63,991 nucleotides of DNA from Myxococcota bacterium (GCA_044344255.1 JBIJDH010000030.1:1-63991); one strand, 5' to 3'. Positions 30,730-40,801 are shown, counted from the first letter of the stretch. The notes: generated by a model not told the origin, from the letters alone. Numbers and translations are program-made.

Positions 30730-31482
30730 ATGCGCGTGGCTTCGTGGATGATGTTGTCGGTGGCCCTCTCTCCCCTCGTCGCCTGCGGCGACATGAGTGA
30801 GTCCACAGGAGAGCTGGGCCGAGTTCAGTACTCGTTGCACACCGACGTCATCACCGACGGGAGCTCGCTCAGCGGTGCCCTCCTCGTCGCCGGGCACCCC
30901 TTGAACATCCAGACCGCGCTCACGGAAGACGGCGCGCGGGACGCGGGTCGGCACCCCGAGCGCCTCCGCCACCGCTTCGATGACGATTCTGTCCAGGTCG
31001 AGAACGAGACGAACGACGACGAGATCGCCGACCTCGTGATCACCGCAGAGGCTGGCATCGACGGTGACCTGGAGACCGTCCAGGACGGCGAGGTCTTCGA
31101 CTACCTGCCCCTCTCTTTCCGCGAGCCCGACGATCTGGGCGCCATCACCTTCGTCCGGGGGCCGATGGACGATGAGATGGCGGAGGTGGACGGGGCCGCC
31201 CACACCGTGGTGGAGGGCGGATCGGCCACCCTGCTCGGCTTCCCGAAGCGCGACGGCGAGCGCCTCGTGGGGGACATCCGGCCGGAGCTCACCTTCGAGC
31301 CCGAGGGCATCGCCGTGCCCGACTTCGACGTGGCGGTCACCGTCGAGCAGGGGGCCTACGGCGCGATCTCACCCTACACGATCGTCTTCATCGAGCCGGG
31401 CGAGGTCACCGCGACCCTGACCGATCCGGTGTGGGGGGTGACGGTCACCCGCACCTTCACGGTCCAGCCCTTCGCAGACTGA
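30730..31482 (+). CDS. Hypothetical lipoprotein
   Basis: GGAGG RBS, LSPLVA-C lipobox, acidic beta-rich mature region. Confidence 0.8.
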   Translation: MRVASWMMLSVALSPLVACGDMSESTGELGRVQYSLHTDVITDGSSLSGALLVAGHPLNIQTALTEDGARDAGRHPERLRHRFDDDSVQVENETNDDEIADLVITAEAGIDGDLETVQDGEVFDYLPLSFREPDDLGAITFVRGPMDDEMAEVDGAAHTVVEGGSATLLGFPKRDGERLVGDIRPELTFEPEGIAVPDFDVAVTVEQGAYGAISPYTIVFIEPGEVTATLTDPVWGVTVTRTFTVQPFAD

Positions 31483-31485
31483 GGC

Positions 31486-32727
31486 TCAGGGCAGCCCCAT
31501 CGCGAGGCCCGCCACGCCCACGGCGGGCACCGTCTCGACCTCCGTGAGCGTGGGCCCCCACCAGATCGCCACGGTGGCGCCCGCGGCCGCGCCCGCCGCG
31601 TCGTACCGTTGGGCGAAGGCGAGGTCGGTCGCGCCGTCGCCGTCGAGGTCGCCGGCGGAGACGGCGGCAGCAGAGACGGTGGGGATGGACCAGCGCAGGG
31701 TCGGCTCTCGCACGCCCACCCCGAAGGACCAGACCTCCGAGCTGGCCTCGAAGTCGCTCTCGGTCATTCCCCCTTCCATCGCGTTGGCGATGATGAGCTC
31801 GGCGCAGCCGTCGCCGTCGAGGTCTGCCAGGGCGAGGTCATCGGCGCCGTGGGTCGGCAGGTCGCTGCGGCGCTCGGGGTCGAAGCCCCCCTCACCGCCC
31901 CAGTAGACCGCGGAGAGGATGTCGGTGTCGAGGGCGTCATAGAAGTTGGCATAGATGAGGTCGAGCCAGCCGTCGGCGTCGAGGTCGTGCTGGAGCACGG
32001 CCTCGGGTGCGAGGGTGGGGAGGGACTGACGGTTGGCCTCGGTCCAGCCGTCGGGGCCGCCCAGATAGACCCAGCTCTCCGTGGCCCAGAAGGTGCCGGC
32101 GGCGAGGGCGAGGTCGATGGTGCCGTCCTGGTCGAAGTCGCCCACTGCGGTCTGCGCGGTGCCGAAGCCCGGGACGGTCCACACCCTGTCCGGTCCGTAC
32201 CCCTCGGGGCCGCCCTGATAGACCGTCACGTCGACATGGTAGCTCTCCTCGGAGATGCCCCCGGTGCCGCTGTAGCGGTTCGAGAAGATGAGGTCGGGCC
32301 AGCCGTCGAGGTCGACGTCAGCCACCTCCACGTCAGCGGCGCCCACCGTGGGGAGCAAGGTGCGGCGGGCCTCGTCGAATCCTTCGGGCCCGCCCCAGTA
32401 GACGGCGGAGTCGACGTCGCGCACCGCACCGTCCGACAGGTTGGCGAAGATGACCTCCGGCCAGTCGTCTCCGTCGAGATCCGCGATGGCTACGTCATCT
32501 GCGCCGAGGGTAGGCAGGCTCGCGAGCGGGCTCCAGTCGGGCCCACGGAGGAGGGCCGAGCGGGTGTCGTAGGCCCCTGCGCTGTCCTCGGTCTGGGCGA
32601 GGGCGAGGTCAGCCGCGCCGTCACAGTCGAGGTCTCCGCAGCCCGCCTCGAGGGTGACAGGCGCGGGGCAGCGGGCCGGCGTCTCCGCCTCCTTGGAGGC
32701 GGCGCAAGCGAAGAGGAGCAGCAGCAT
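31486..32727 (-). CDS. FG-GAP/VCBS-repeat lipoprotein
   Basis: LLLFA-C lipobox and seven D(L/F/V)DxDGxxD/E(L/V) Ca-binding repeats with YWGGxEGF turns. Confidence 0.88.
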   Translation of the reverse strand: MLLLLFACAASKEAETPARCPAPVTLEAGCGDLDCDGAADLALAQTEDSAGAYDTRSALLRGPDWSPLASLPTLGADDVAIADLDGDDWPEVIFANLSDGAVRDVDSAVYWGGPEGFDEARRTLLPTVGAADVEVADVDLDGWPDLIFSNRYSGTGGISEESYHVDVTVYQGGPEGYGPDRVWTVPGFGTAQTAVGDFDQDGTIDLALAAGTFWATESWVYLGGPDGWTEANRQSLPTLAPEAVLQHDLDADGWLDLIYANFYDALDTDILSAVYWGGEGGFDPERRSDLPTHGADDLALADLDGDGCAELIIANAMEGGMTESDFEASSEVWSFGVGVREPTLRWSIPTVSAAAVSAGDLDGDGATDLAFAQRYDAAGAAAGATVAIWWGPTLTEVETVPAVGVAGLAMGLP

Positions 32728-32846
32728 GCCCCATCGTATCAGAGGCGGCCGCCACGCCGAGGCGGGCGACGACGTTGCGGGGGACGGCTCGGAGGCGCGG
32801 TTCACCGCGTCACCCTAAACCCCGGAGGCCCCGGGCCCTTGGCCAC

Positions 32847-35681
32847 TCAATCTCCCAACATCTCCCGCACCCGTTGGGGCAGGAGGGCCCGCGCGGCCTC
32901 GGGATCGGGGGTGTCGGCCAGCGCCAGGGACAGGCGGTCGCGGAGGCGTTGGTTGGCCTCCAAGGAGGCGATTCGAGAGAACTGCTGTGTCCAGTTCAAT
33001 GTGCGGAGCAAGAACCCCGACAGGCGAGCCCGCGCGGGGTCATTCGCCCAGCGCTCGGCATATTCCCGGATACGCGGCGCGAGGGGGGCGCCCGACTCCA
33101 CTACGTCGGTGACGAGCTCGAGGAGCGCGTCCTCTTCGGCGGGGGAGAGCTTCCAGGGTGGGCCGCCGCGACGGGTCGGCTCGATCACCACGTTGCTCGG
33201 CGCCTCGGTGGCGGACACGGCCGGGGAGGGAGACCTCGGTTGGGCCGACAGGGCGGGGCTCGGGAGCGCGGTGTCCGCGTCCTGCCCCTCGCCCCTCATT
33301 CGGTCGCCGACGGCGAGCACGCCGTCTTGCCAGGCGACGAGCCCATCGAAGACGTAGAGGTGCAGCAGGGGCTCGCCCGAGTGACCGAGGACCCTCACCT
33401 CTCCACCCGCGCCGAGCCGTGCGGGGGAGCCGGGCGACACCGCCTGCAAGCACCCGGCGCCGATCCGCCCGGCGACCACCGGCAGCGCGACCCCGGGGAG
33501 CGAGTGGAGGAGGAGGCCTCCGGCCTCGCGCTGGATCACGAAGTGCTCTCGAGAGAGGCCGGCCGTGTGGCTGAGCCCGAGGGTGGACAGGGTGTCGCCC
33601 GCCGCGATGCGCTCGATCTCCGCCTTTCGTGCCGCCTCGCGCGGAGCCGGGGCGGCGCGGTGAGGCCCGTCGAGCTTCGCCCAACCGACCGAGCGACCCA
33701 CCACGACCACAGAGGAGTCAAAGTCCCTTATAAAACCCTGCACATCGCCGCTGTCGTCGATCTGGGGGTGGAGGACGAACCGGAGCGTCCTCCGGTCTGA
33801 AGGCTGATGGTGGTGGAGCTGTGCCTCGACCTCGGGGACCCCGATCGGCCCGGGCCGCCCGTGCCCGAGGGCCAGCAGGCTCTGGTGAACTCCCGGGAGG
33901 GGCGCCCCGCGCAGGCCCTCCAGGAGCCGACGCAGGGCCGCGGTGCGAATGGGTCGGCCCTGGAGCCCTGCGAGCACCTGGCTCTGGAGCGCCGCGGGGG
34001 CCCGCTCCGCCCAGGGCGGCACCACCAACGTCCGGCTGTCCAGCAGCGCCCGATGGCGTCGGCGGAGGCCAGCCTCACTCGCCCAGCCGTCGACAGGCTC
34101 GCTGCTGAGCACGAGGAGCGGGGTCTCGCGGCGAGCCTCGGGAGAGAGGTGGTGGAGGTGCTCCGGGCGGACGACGCCGTCCCCTGCGGGGTCCTGTGCG
34201 GCGAGGTCCACCGCGGCGAGCACCAGCCCACGGAGCTCGCGGATATTGCCGGGCCAGTGCCACTCCTCGAGGAGGGCGTAGGACTCTTCATCAAAGTGCG
34301 GCGGTGGCCGGCCGCGCGCGGTCGCGGCGAAATGATCGGCGAGGAGCCTTACGTCGCCCCTCCGCTCACGCAGCGGGGGGAGCGCGAGGCGGTCGGGGCG
34401 CGCGAAGCGGTCGAGCAGGTCTTCCCGCACCTCTCCGCGGCGGGCTGCCTGCTCGAGATCGGCGTTCGTGGCGGCGACCACGGTGACGTCGACCCGGGTG
34501 GGGCGGTCGGCGCCCAAGGGCTGGATGTCCCCGAACTGGATGGCCCGCAGCAGCTTCTTTTGCGTGGCGGTGTCGATGTTCCCGAATTCGTCGATGAAGA
34601 GCGTGCCGCGGTCGGCCTCTCGGAAGGCGCCCTTCCGCGCGGGGGCCCCAGTGAAGGCGCTGCGCTCCTGGCCGAAGAGCAGCGCGTCGACGAGCGTGTC
34701 CGGGCAGGTGGAGAGGTCGAGGGTGACCAGCCGACCCGGGCGGCCCGAGAGGGCGTGGATGGCGCGGGCCAGGTCCTCCTTCCCGCTGCCCCGCTCCCCT
34801 TGCACGAGGATGGCATTTGACCGGGGAGCCACCCGCGCCGCCGTGTGCAGGACGCGCCGGAGCGCGGGGCTCTCGCCGATGATGCCGCTCAAGGCTGGGT
34901 GGTTGGGGCGCGGCGGGGCCTCGGGCTCCCAGGGCCCGGCGGGCCGCTGGGCGGCGTCCAGCTCGTCGAGGCGGCGAACGAGGGGGAGGGTGAGGGCGGG
35001 GTCCCCCTCCCCGGGCTCCTCCACCAGGGTCCACCGACCGGGGATCGGTCGCTCCGGGCGGTCGGCACGAAGCTCGACCATGGGCCGGTCGTCGAGGGTG
35101 GCGTGTGCCCAACGGGCGAGGCGGTGGCGCCCGGAGCCCGCGGGGCCGGAGAGCAGCACCACGCTGTCCCGCTGACAGAGGGCGAGGAGCGCCGCGCGGA
35201 TCCCGATGAGGGTGGGATCCAGCTCGACGTCGTGGGTGTGGTCGAGGGCCTGGAGGGCGGCGACCGCCCCGGGCGGGCTGGACAGGGCGGGGCCCTCTTG
35301 GGCGAGCAGCACGAGGCCACCCCCGGCGCGCGCCCGTTCCCCGAGGGTGGGGGCGCTCGCGAGCCCCTCCCAGCCGCGGTCGATGAACAGCCAGCCGCGG
35401 GCGGCCTGCTCGAAGCACTCCTCCAGGACCCGAGGATCGGCCTGGTCGGTAAGGTGACGAGGGTCGAGGTGGATGAAGGGCCGCCCCGAGCCCGCCTCTG
35501 CCGCCCAGCTCCGAAAGAGCCAACGGGCGACCACGAGGGCGGTGAGCCCGTGGAGAGGCGGGAGGAGGGCGAAGCCCGCCGTCGCGGCCTCCTGGACGGC
35601 GCTGAGCCACGCGGCCCAGGCTGCGGGGAGGGGGTGCCCGATGGGGAGGCGAGGGGCTTGTCGCCAGGGGGGTCTCAACAT
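32847..35681 (-). CDS. Sigma54-dependent enhancer-binding protein with degenerate extra AAA+ region and C-terminal FHA-like domain
   Basis: IIGESPAL, GERGSGKE, LFGQERSAFTGA, GTLFIDE, VAATN, REDLLDR, PPLRER, WPGNIREL. Upstream GPAGSGRH P-loop; downstream VVGRS..LSREH. Confidence 0.88.
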   Translation of the reverse strand: MLRPPWRQAPRLPIGHPLPAAWAAWLSAVQEAATAGFALLPPLHGLTALVVARWLFRSWAAEAGSGRPFIHLDPRHLTDQADPRVLEECFEQAARGWLFIDRGWEGLASAPTLGERARAGGGLVLLAQEGPALSSPPGAVAALQALDHTHDVELDPTLIGIRAALLALCQRDSVVLLSGPAGSGRHRLARWAHATLDDRPMVELRADRPERPIPGRWTLVEEPGEGDPALTLPLVRRLDELDAAQRPAGPWEPEAPPRPNHPALSGIIGESPALRRVLHTAARVAPRSNAILVQGERGSGKEDLARAIHALSGRPGRLVTLDLSTCPDTLVDALLFGQERSAFTGAPARKGAFREADRGTLFIDEFGNIDTATQKKLLRAIQFGDIQPLGADRPTRVDVTVVAATNADLEQAARRGEVREDLLDRFARPDRLALPPLRERRGDVRLLADHFAATARGRPPPHFDEESYALLEEWHWPGNIRELRGLVLAAVDLAAQDPAGDGVVRPEHLHHLSPEARRETPLLVLSSEPVDGWASEAGLRRRHRALLDSRTLVVPPWAERAPAALQSQVLAGLQGRPIRTAALRRLLEGLRGAPLPGVHQSLLALGHGRPGPIGVPEVEAQLHHHQPSDRRTLRFVLHPQIDDSGDVQGFIRDFDSSVVVVGRSVGWAKLDGPHRAAPAPREAARKAEIERIAAGDTLSTLGLSHTAGLSREHFVIQREAGGLLLHSLPGVALPVVAGRIGAGCLQAVSPGSPARLGAGGEVRVLGHSGEPLLHLYVFDGLVAWQDGVLAVGDRMRGEGQDADTALPSPALSAQPRSPSPAVSATEAPSNVVIEPTRRGGPPWKLSPAEEDALLELVTDVVESGAPLAPRIREYAERWANDPARARLSGFLLRTLNWTQQFSRIASLEANQRLRDRLSLALADTPDPEAARALLPQRVREMLGD

Positions 35682-35719
35682 GGGGTCGTGTAGCCTGTTG
35701 TCTGGATCCTCACCGGTGG

Positions 35720-38152
35720 TCAGCCCGTCGACGGCGGAGGAGGCGTCCGACAGAGTCGGAAGCCGCTGTCTACCCGGCGGTCGCTCACTCGCCGCATCCA
35801 GCGGCTCACGGTGGTGCAGTGCTGCATGCGCAGGGGCCAGGCGCCGCCTCGCGCCGCCCGGAGCTCGGCCTCGACGACGGGGGTGGTGTCCATCGCGCCG
35901 TCTGTCGTGACCAGGGGCCCCTGCTCCCGATAGCGGTCCTGGCACCAGTCCATCACGCCCCCCGCCATCCCGAAGACCCCGTAGGGGCCGACGTCGAGTG
36001 GGGTCTCCGATACGGCGCGCGGCGCTGGGGTGCCCCCCGCGCTCTCCCGCATGTTGGCGAAGGCGGGCTCGGCGTGGTCTCCCCAGGGATAGAGTCGTCC
36101 ATCCACACCGCGGGCGGCCTTCTCCCACTCCAGCTCCCAGGGGAGCCGATAGGGGAGGCCAGACCGACCGGCCTTCCACGCGGCATAGGCCATCGCGTCC
36201 GACCAGCCCACCATGAAGACCGGCCAGTCTGGCTCCCAGAGGTCGCCGTCGGGATCGGGGACGAGGCAGAAGCCGCCGTCGGGGCGGCGCCCATACAGGA
36301 GCTCGCCGCCCCGACCGCCGACCTTGTCCGTGCGGGGGGCGTGGCCGAGGGCGCGCGCCTCCTCCCCGCGCGCGACCAGATCATCGAGGAAGCCGATGTA
36401 CTCTGTGTTGGTGACGGGGTGGGCGTCGAAGACGAGGTCGTCTACCCACACCCTCGCCTGCCCCCCTTCGTGCTCGGTGCGTCGAGCGGTCCCCGCCTGG
36501 AACCAGCCCGCGGGGATGAAGCGCTCCTGGTCGCCGAGGCCGCCGGCGGGGAGGAGTCGGAGGGGGCGACCCTCCTGGCGCCCGGGAGGAGTCGCGTCCC
36601 ACCGTTCATTCCGTCCGATAGAGACGGGATAGCGCATCGGGTGGTGCCCAGGCGCCGACAGCTCCAGCAGGTAGCTCCCCATCTCGAGCGCGAGCTCGAC
36701 CGTCGGCCCGCCCCGCAGCGTCCGCAGCGGCTCGGGCACGAGGCGGCGCCCGCGGGGGCGATATCGGGAGAGGACCACCTCGACCTCGTCCGCCTCGAGG
36801 GTGATCCGGAGGGAGCCACGGCCGGAGCGGTATACGGCGTGTCGGCCGGAGAAGGCGTCGTGGGACTCGAGGAGCGCCGCGTACTCGGTGGCCTCTGCGC
36901 TCTCGCCGCGGGCCTCCGCCGCGCGGTGTAGGGCGAGGTAGTGGTCGGCGAGGCGGCTGTGCGCCTCCGGGAGATCGGGGACATCGACCAGGGCGGCGCG
37001 GAGGAGCTGCAGCGCCTGGGTCTCGTCCTGCCGGGCTTGTTGCTCGACGCGGGCGGCCTCGTCCTCCTGGGCCCAGGCGGGGGCCTTCTCCGGGGCGGGC
37101 GCGGCCGGGGAGAGGGCCCGCAAGCGCTCGGCCGCCGCGGCCCGGAGGCGGGCGGCCTGGCTCCGCTGCGCCTCGACCTCTCCTTGCAGGCTCAGCGCCT
37201 CGGCGACACGGTCGAGGGCTTGATCTCGGCGCCGGTCGCCGTCGAGCCAGGCGCCGAGCGCCCGGCCAAAGGCGCCTCCGTCGGCGAAGCGGTCGGCCGG
37301 GTCGGGCGCGAGGGCGCGCTCCACCAGGGCGACCATCTCCTCCGGCACCGGCTGGATGGGCCGCCAGGGCGGTCGCAGACCCCGGGCGAGCCCCTCCCGA
37401 AGCGCCGCGGCGTCTGGCCAGGGCGGCGAACCGCAGCAGAGGCTGTAGAGCATGGCGCCGGCCGCGAAGACGTCGGTGGGGGGCCCGATCTCGCCGAACC
37501 CCGGGCTGCCGGGGCCGGCCACCTGCTCGGGCGCGAGGAAGCCGGGGCTGCCGGGGGCCTCCCCCCAGCGGGTCTGTCCGTCGCCCCGCGCCTCGTCGGC
37601 CGCGAGCGAGGCGCGGGGCTCGCCGCGCGTCCACCGCGCGATCCCCCAGTCGAGCAGGAGCACCTCCCCGTAGCCCGCGGTCATGACGTTGCCGGGCTTG
37701 ACGTCCTGGTGGATGACGCCGCGGGCATGGGCGAAGCCGAGGGCGTCGAGCACGCGGGCGACGGCCTCCACCGCGCCTCGGAAGGTCCAGCCCTCCACGC
37801 TGGTCCAGGCCCCCGCGCGGCGGGAGGCGGATTGGAGCTGGCGAAAGACCTGATCGAGGCTCCGCCCCTCCACCACCTTCATCGTGAAGAAACGGCGCCC
37901 GTCGGGCAAGTGGCCGAGCTCGTAAACCGGCACGATGGCCGGGTGCTGGAGCGCGGCCGTGATGCGGGCCTCTTCGAGAAAGAGCGCCTGGAGCCGATCC
38001 TCGTCGCTGGGGTGGCGGGCCGCCACCACCTTCATGGCGACCTCGCGGCGCAGCTCGAGGTCCTCGACACGCCAGACCTCGCCCATTCCCCCGGCGCCGA
38101 GGTGGGCGCGAAAGGCATAGCGGGGTGGGAGCAGGGGAGTGGGCTCGCTCAG
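35720..38152 (-). CDS. Ser/Thr protein kinase fused to an FGE-sulfatase (SUMF1) domain
   Basis: LGAGGMGEVW, VAMK, HQDVKPGN, DWG, FLAPEQ, DVFAAG; HPVTNTEY, RLPWELEWEKAARG, YPWG, MAGGVMDWC, RGGAW, SGFRL. Start codon uncertain. Confidence 0.92.
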   Translation of the reverse strand: MSEPTPLLPPRYAFRAHLGAGGMGEVWRVEDLELRREVAMKVVAARHPSDEDRLQALFLEEARITAALQHPAIVPVYELGHLPDGRRFFTMKVVEGRSLDQVFRQLQSASRRAGAWTSVEGWTFRGAVEAVARVLDALGFAHARGVIHQDVKPGNVMTAGYGEVLLLDWGIARWTRGEPRASLAADEARGDGQTRWGEAPGSPGFLAPEQVAGPGSPGFGEIGPPTDVFAAGAMLYSLCCGSPPWPDAAALREGLARGLRPPWRPIQPVPEEMVALVERALAPDPADRFADGGAFGRALGAWLDGDRRRDQALDRVAEALSLQGEVEAQRSQAARLRAAAAERLRALSPAAPAPEKAPAWAQEDEAARVEQQARQDETQALQLLRAALVDVPDLPEAHSRLADHYLALHRAAEARGESAEATEYAALLESHDAFSGRHAVYRSGRGSLRITLEADEVEVVLSRYRPRGRRLVPEPLRTLRGGPTVELALEMGSYLLELSAPGHHPMRYPVSIGRNERWDATPPGRQEGRPLRLLPAGGLGDQERFIPAGWFQAGTARRTEHEGGQARVWVDDLVFDAHPVTNTEYIGFLDDLVARGEEARALGHAPRTDKVGGRGGELLYGRRPDGGFCLVPDPDGDLWEPDWPVFMVGWSDAMAYAAWKAGRSGLPYRLPWELEWEKAARGVDGRLYPWGDHAEPAFANMRESAGGTPAPRAVSETPLDVGPYGVFGMAGGVMDWCQDRYREQGPLVTTDGAMDTTPVVEAELRAARGGAWPLRMQHCTTVSRWMRRVSDRRVDSGFRLCRTPPPPSTG

Positions 38153-38277
38153 GCGACGCCTCGCAGCGGGCGGACATCGTAGCGCGTGGCGATGGCTGGG
38201 CGTAGTCCCCGCGCGGAGGTGCTCTGCGCGCCGCGTCGGCGGCGCGACGCCGGGCCGATCGGCGCGGGTCGCGATCC

Positions 38278-38293
38278 TGGCATGCGTCGTGCT
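38278..38293 (+). promoter_or_regulatory. Sigma54 -24/-12 promoter
   Basis: TGGCATGCGTCGTGCT (GG-N10-GC) in the intergenic region, ~130 nt upstream of ATG38421. Confidence 0.6.
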
Positions 38294-38420
38294 ATTTGTC
38301 GGGCGCCTGCACGGGACGCTGCGCGGGACCCTGTCGGAGGGTGACCGGGCCGAGGGCCTGTCTCTCCTTCGGCGCACCCGCTTCGTGCGCGCTCGCTTAC
38401 ACGCGCCCCTTGGAGGTCTG

Positions 38421-39647
38421 ATGTCTGTCGCCCTCGCTCGAGCCCTGATGGTGGGCTGCCTGGTCATCGCCGGGACCGCCTCCGCGGCCACCCCGCTCCC
38501 CACCATGCAGGCATCCCCCGCGTCGAAGTTGGGTACCGCCTCGTCTACCACCAGCCCCGCGGCCCCCTGTGTGACGGAGGGGTGCAGCCTGCGACCGACC
38601 GACGTGGGCGACATCATGCCGCCTCCGGACTGGATCCTCTCCTCCCTCGCCTTCGTCCTTCCGACGTCCTCGCGGGATGGCCTCGTGGGGGAAGCGGTGG
38701 ACCGCGCCGCGACCCTGTCCCGAACCGACCCCGCCGCAGCCTTCCTCCCGCTGTCGGGAAGCCCCGATGTCGCCGTGGAGGCCGCCTTCACGATCGGCGG
38801 CCAGCGCTTCGAGGGCGAGCTGCAAGGGGTCGCGGACGGTCGAGGCCGCCTCGAGGAGGGCGAGCCGCTGCTCTTCGTCGGCGGGACCGATCTCGACGGC
38901 GACGGGGTGGACGAGGCGGTCGCCGGGCCTGTGGAGTGGTCGGCGGGGTCCTTTCGGGCGGCCCTCCTGGTCCGGAGCGCCGGCCTGGACGATGAGGCGG
39001 CCCCGCTCCTCCTGCTCGAGGTCGGCAGCGGGCGGCTCGGCTCGGCCAGCGCGCCGGTCTCCGTGCCGGTCCTCGAGACCCTGAGCCTCTACGACGCCGA
39101 CGGAGCGCCCCTCCTCATCGACACCTCCCGTCCGATCTCCGCGGACGTCGTGTTGGAGGGCTGGGCCTCCTCGACCGACGTCTATGGGCGAGGCAGTAAC
39201 CTCCTGAGCTCGACCGGCCTCTCCTGGCGGGGCGAAGACTTCAGTCTGGCGGTAGATGTCGTCTCCGCCGCCTCGCGCGGCGCGAGCGCGGTCGTCTGGG
39301 CCTCCGAGTATGCCGACGGGGACGGCATGGTCACCGGGGTCGCCAGCCTGCTCGGCACCGCCAGCGCGGGCAGCCTGCGCGCGGCCTACCTCATCGAGTC
39401 GGGGGGCCGGACGGTCACCCAGGACCAGCGGGGTCTGGCGACGAGCCGCGGCGCCACGCTCTCCACGCGCACGGTGGAGGGGCGGTCGAGCTGGTCGAGC
39501 AGCACGAGCTGGACCGATGTGGACCTCTCCTACCAGGCCCCTTCGGTGAGCACCGACGGCTCGATCGACTGGGCCGCGGTGGGTGAGGCGCTCGGCGCGG
39601 GGGTGCCGACCGGCTCGGTGGACTCGGTAGACCGCGACCCGACCTGA
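38421..39647 (+). CDS. Secreted hypothetical protein
   Basis: GGAGG RBS, signal peptide ending TASA-AT, one DLDGDG Ca-binding-like motif. Confidence 0.7.
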   Translation: MSVALARALMVGCLVIAGTASAATPLPTMQASPASKLGTASSTTSPAAPCVTEGCSLRPTDVGDIMPPPDWILSSLAFVLPTSSRDGLVGEAVDRAATLSRTDPAAAFLPLSGSPDVAVEAAFTIGGQRFEGELQGVADGRGRLEEGEPLLFVGGTDLDGDGVDEAVAGPVEWSAGSFRAALLVRSAGLDDEAAPLLLLEVGSGRLGSASAPVSVPVLETLSLYDADGAPLLIDTSRPISADVVLEGWASSTDVYGRGSNLLSSTGLSWRGEDFSLAVDVVSAASRGASAVVWASEYADGDGMVTGVASLLGTASAGSLRAAYLIESGGRTVTQDQRGLATSRGATLSTRTVEGRSSWSSSTSWTDVDLSYQAPSVSTDGSIDWAAVGEALGAGVPTGSVDSVDRDPT

Positions 39648-39702
39648 AGCCTCGCGCAGCCGGCGCCGCCCGGCCGAAGCAGCCTGCGGATCGTCATCAC
39701 CC

Positions 39703-39739
39703 AGAGCGCCCTCGAGCCATCGAGGGCGCTCTTTCATTT
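39703..39739 (+). terminator. Rho-independent terminator
   Basis: 13-bp perfect stem agagcgccctcga-gcca-tcgagggcgctct followed by ttcattt, ~55 nt after stop 39647. Confidence 0.75.
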
Positions 39740-39887
39740 CCGGGGATGGGCCCGCGCCCCCGCGCGCGGTGTCGGCCCATCGCCGAACCAACACGAAACA
39801 AGCCGAACCGGCTCCGGCGGGCGGCCTGTTGACGCCCCGAACGGGCGGTGCGCGGCGCGACCGGGGCGCCCAGCGGCCGATTGGGGC

Positions 39888-39903
39888 TGGCACGGGCCTT
39901 GCT
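39888..39903 (+). promoter_or_regulatory. Sigma54 -24/-12 promoter
   Basis: TGGCACGGGCCTTGCT is an exact match to TGGCAC-N5-TTGC(A/T). Confidence 0.85.
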
Positions 39904-39985
39904 TTTAGGTTCCTCGTGGCCGGCACGGCCGGAAACACCCTCTGATTCCTCATCAATGCTCGCTCTTCACATCCGGATGGACCCC

Positions 39986-40801
39986 ATGCGCGCTCCCGCC
40001 CTCCTCGCCGCCCCGCTCTTCGTCCTCCTCTCTCTCCTCGCCGCCTGCGGCCCCTCCGACGACAGCGCGGCCGAGGGCCTCGCAGCGGACGAGCTCGGCG
40101 CCGACGTCCTCGTCGATGACCCCGCGGGCGATCCCCTCGTGGCCGAGAGCCCCGTGTCCTCCAACGCCTGGCCCCTCGCGACCACCGCTGCGGCCGCCGA
40201 CGCCATCTTCTCGGGCACCGTGACCGCCGTGGACCAGCGCCTCGCCGAGCGAAACGCGGCCGGCGTGCGGGTGCCCTTCACCTTCGTGACGATCCAGGTG
40301 GAGCACGCGGTGAAGGGCGCGGTGGAGGGAGAGCCTGTGACCCTCCGTCTCCTTGGCGGGCGCGGCGAGGACGGCGGTCTCCTCTACAACGCCGAGGGCA
40401 CGGTCTTTGAGGTGGGGCACCGCTGCATCCTCTTCGTCTCCGGGAATGGGGAGAGCGGCTATCCCCTCGTCGGGGGTGGTCAGGGGCGCCTCCGCGTCGT
40501 GGACGGTCGGGTTTATGACAATGGTGGCGCCGCGCTCCGCCTCGACCCCCGCGACGGCCTCGTCCGCGGCGGCTGGGAGCGCCTCGACGAGGTGCTCGAC
40601 GCCCAGGTGGACGGCACCCCCCTCCTCCTCCACGCCGATGACCGGGTGGACAGCAACAACGACGAGGACGCCGCCGAGCTCGGCACGACGCTCCGCTTCC
40701 TCGATGGACAGGTGGGCGACGCTCAGGCCCCCCTCATTCAGAGCCTCGACCGGGACGCCGCCTTCACCTTCTCCTTCTCGATGAAGCCCGACGCGCGCTG
40801 A
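39986..40801 (+). CDS. Lipoprotein with putative OB-fold (NTR/TIMP-like) domain
   Basis: LLAA-C lipobox; ADAIFSGTV..TFVTIQVEHAVKG..LRLLGG..FEVG.RCILF..GGGQG pattern. Confidence 0.75.
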   Translation: MRAPALLAAPLFVLLSLLAACGPSDDSAAEGLAADELGADVLVDDPAGDPLVAESPVSSNAWPLATTAAAADAIFSGTVTAVDQRLAERNAAGVRVPFTFVTIQVEHAVKGAVEGEPVTLRLLGGRGEDGGLLYNAEGTVFEVGHRCILFVSGNGESGYPLVGGGQGRLRVVDGRVYDNGGAALRLDPRDGLVRGGWERLDEVLDAQVDGTPLLLHADDRVDSNNDEDAAELGTTLRFLDGQVGDAQAPLIQSLDRDAAFTFSFSMKPDAR

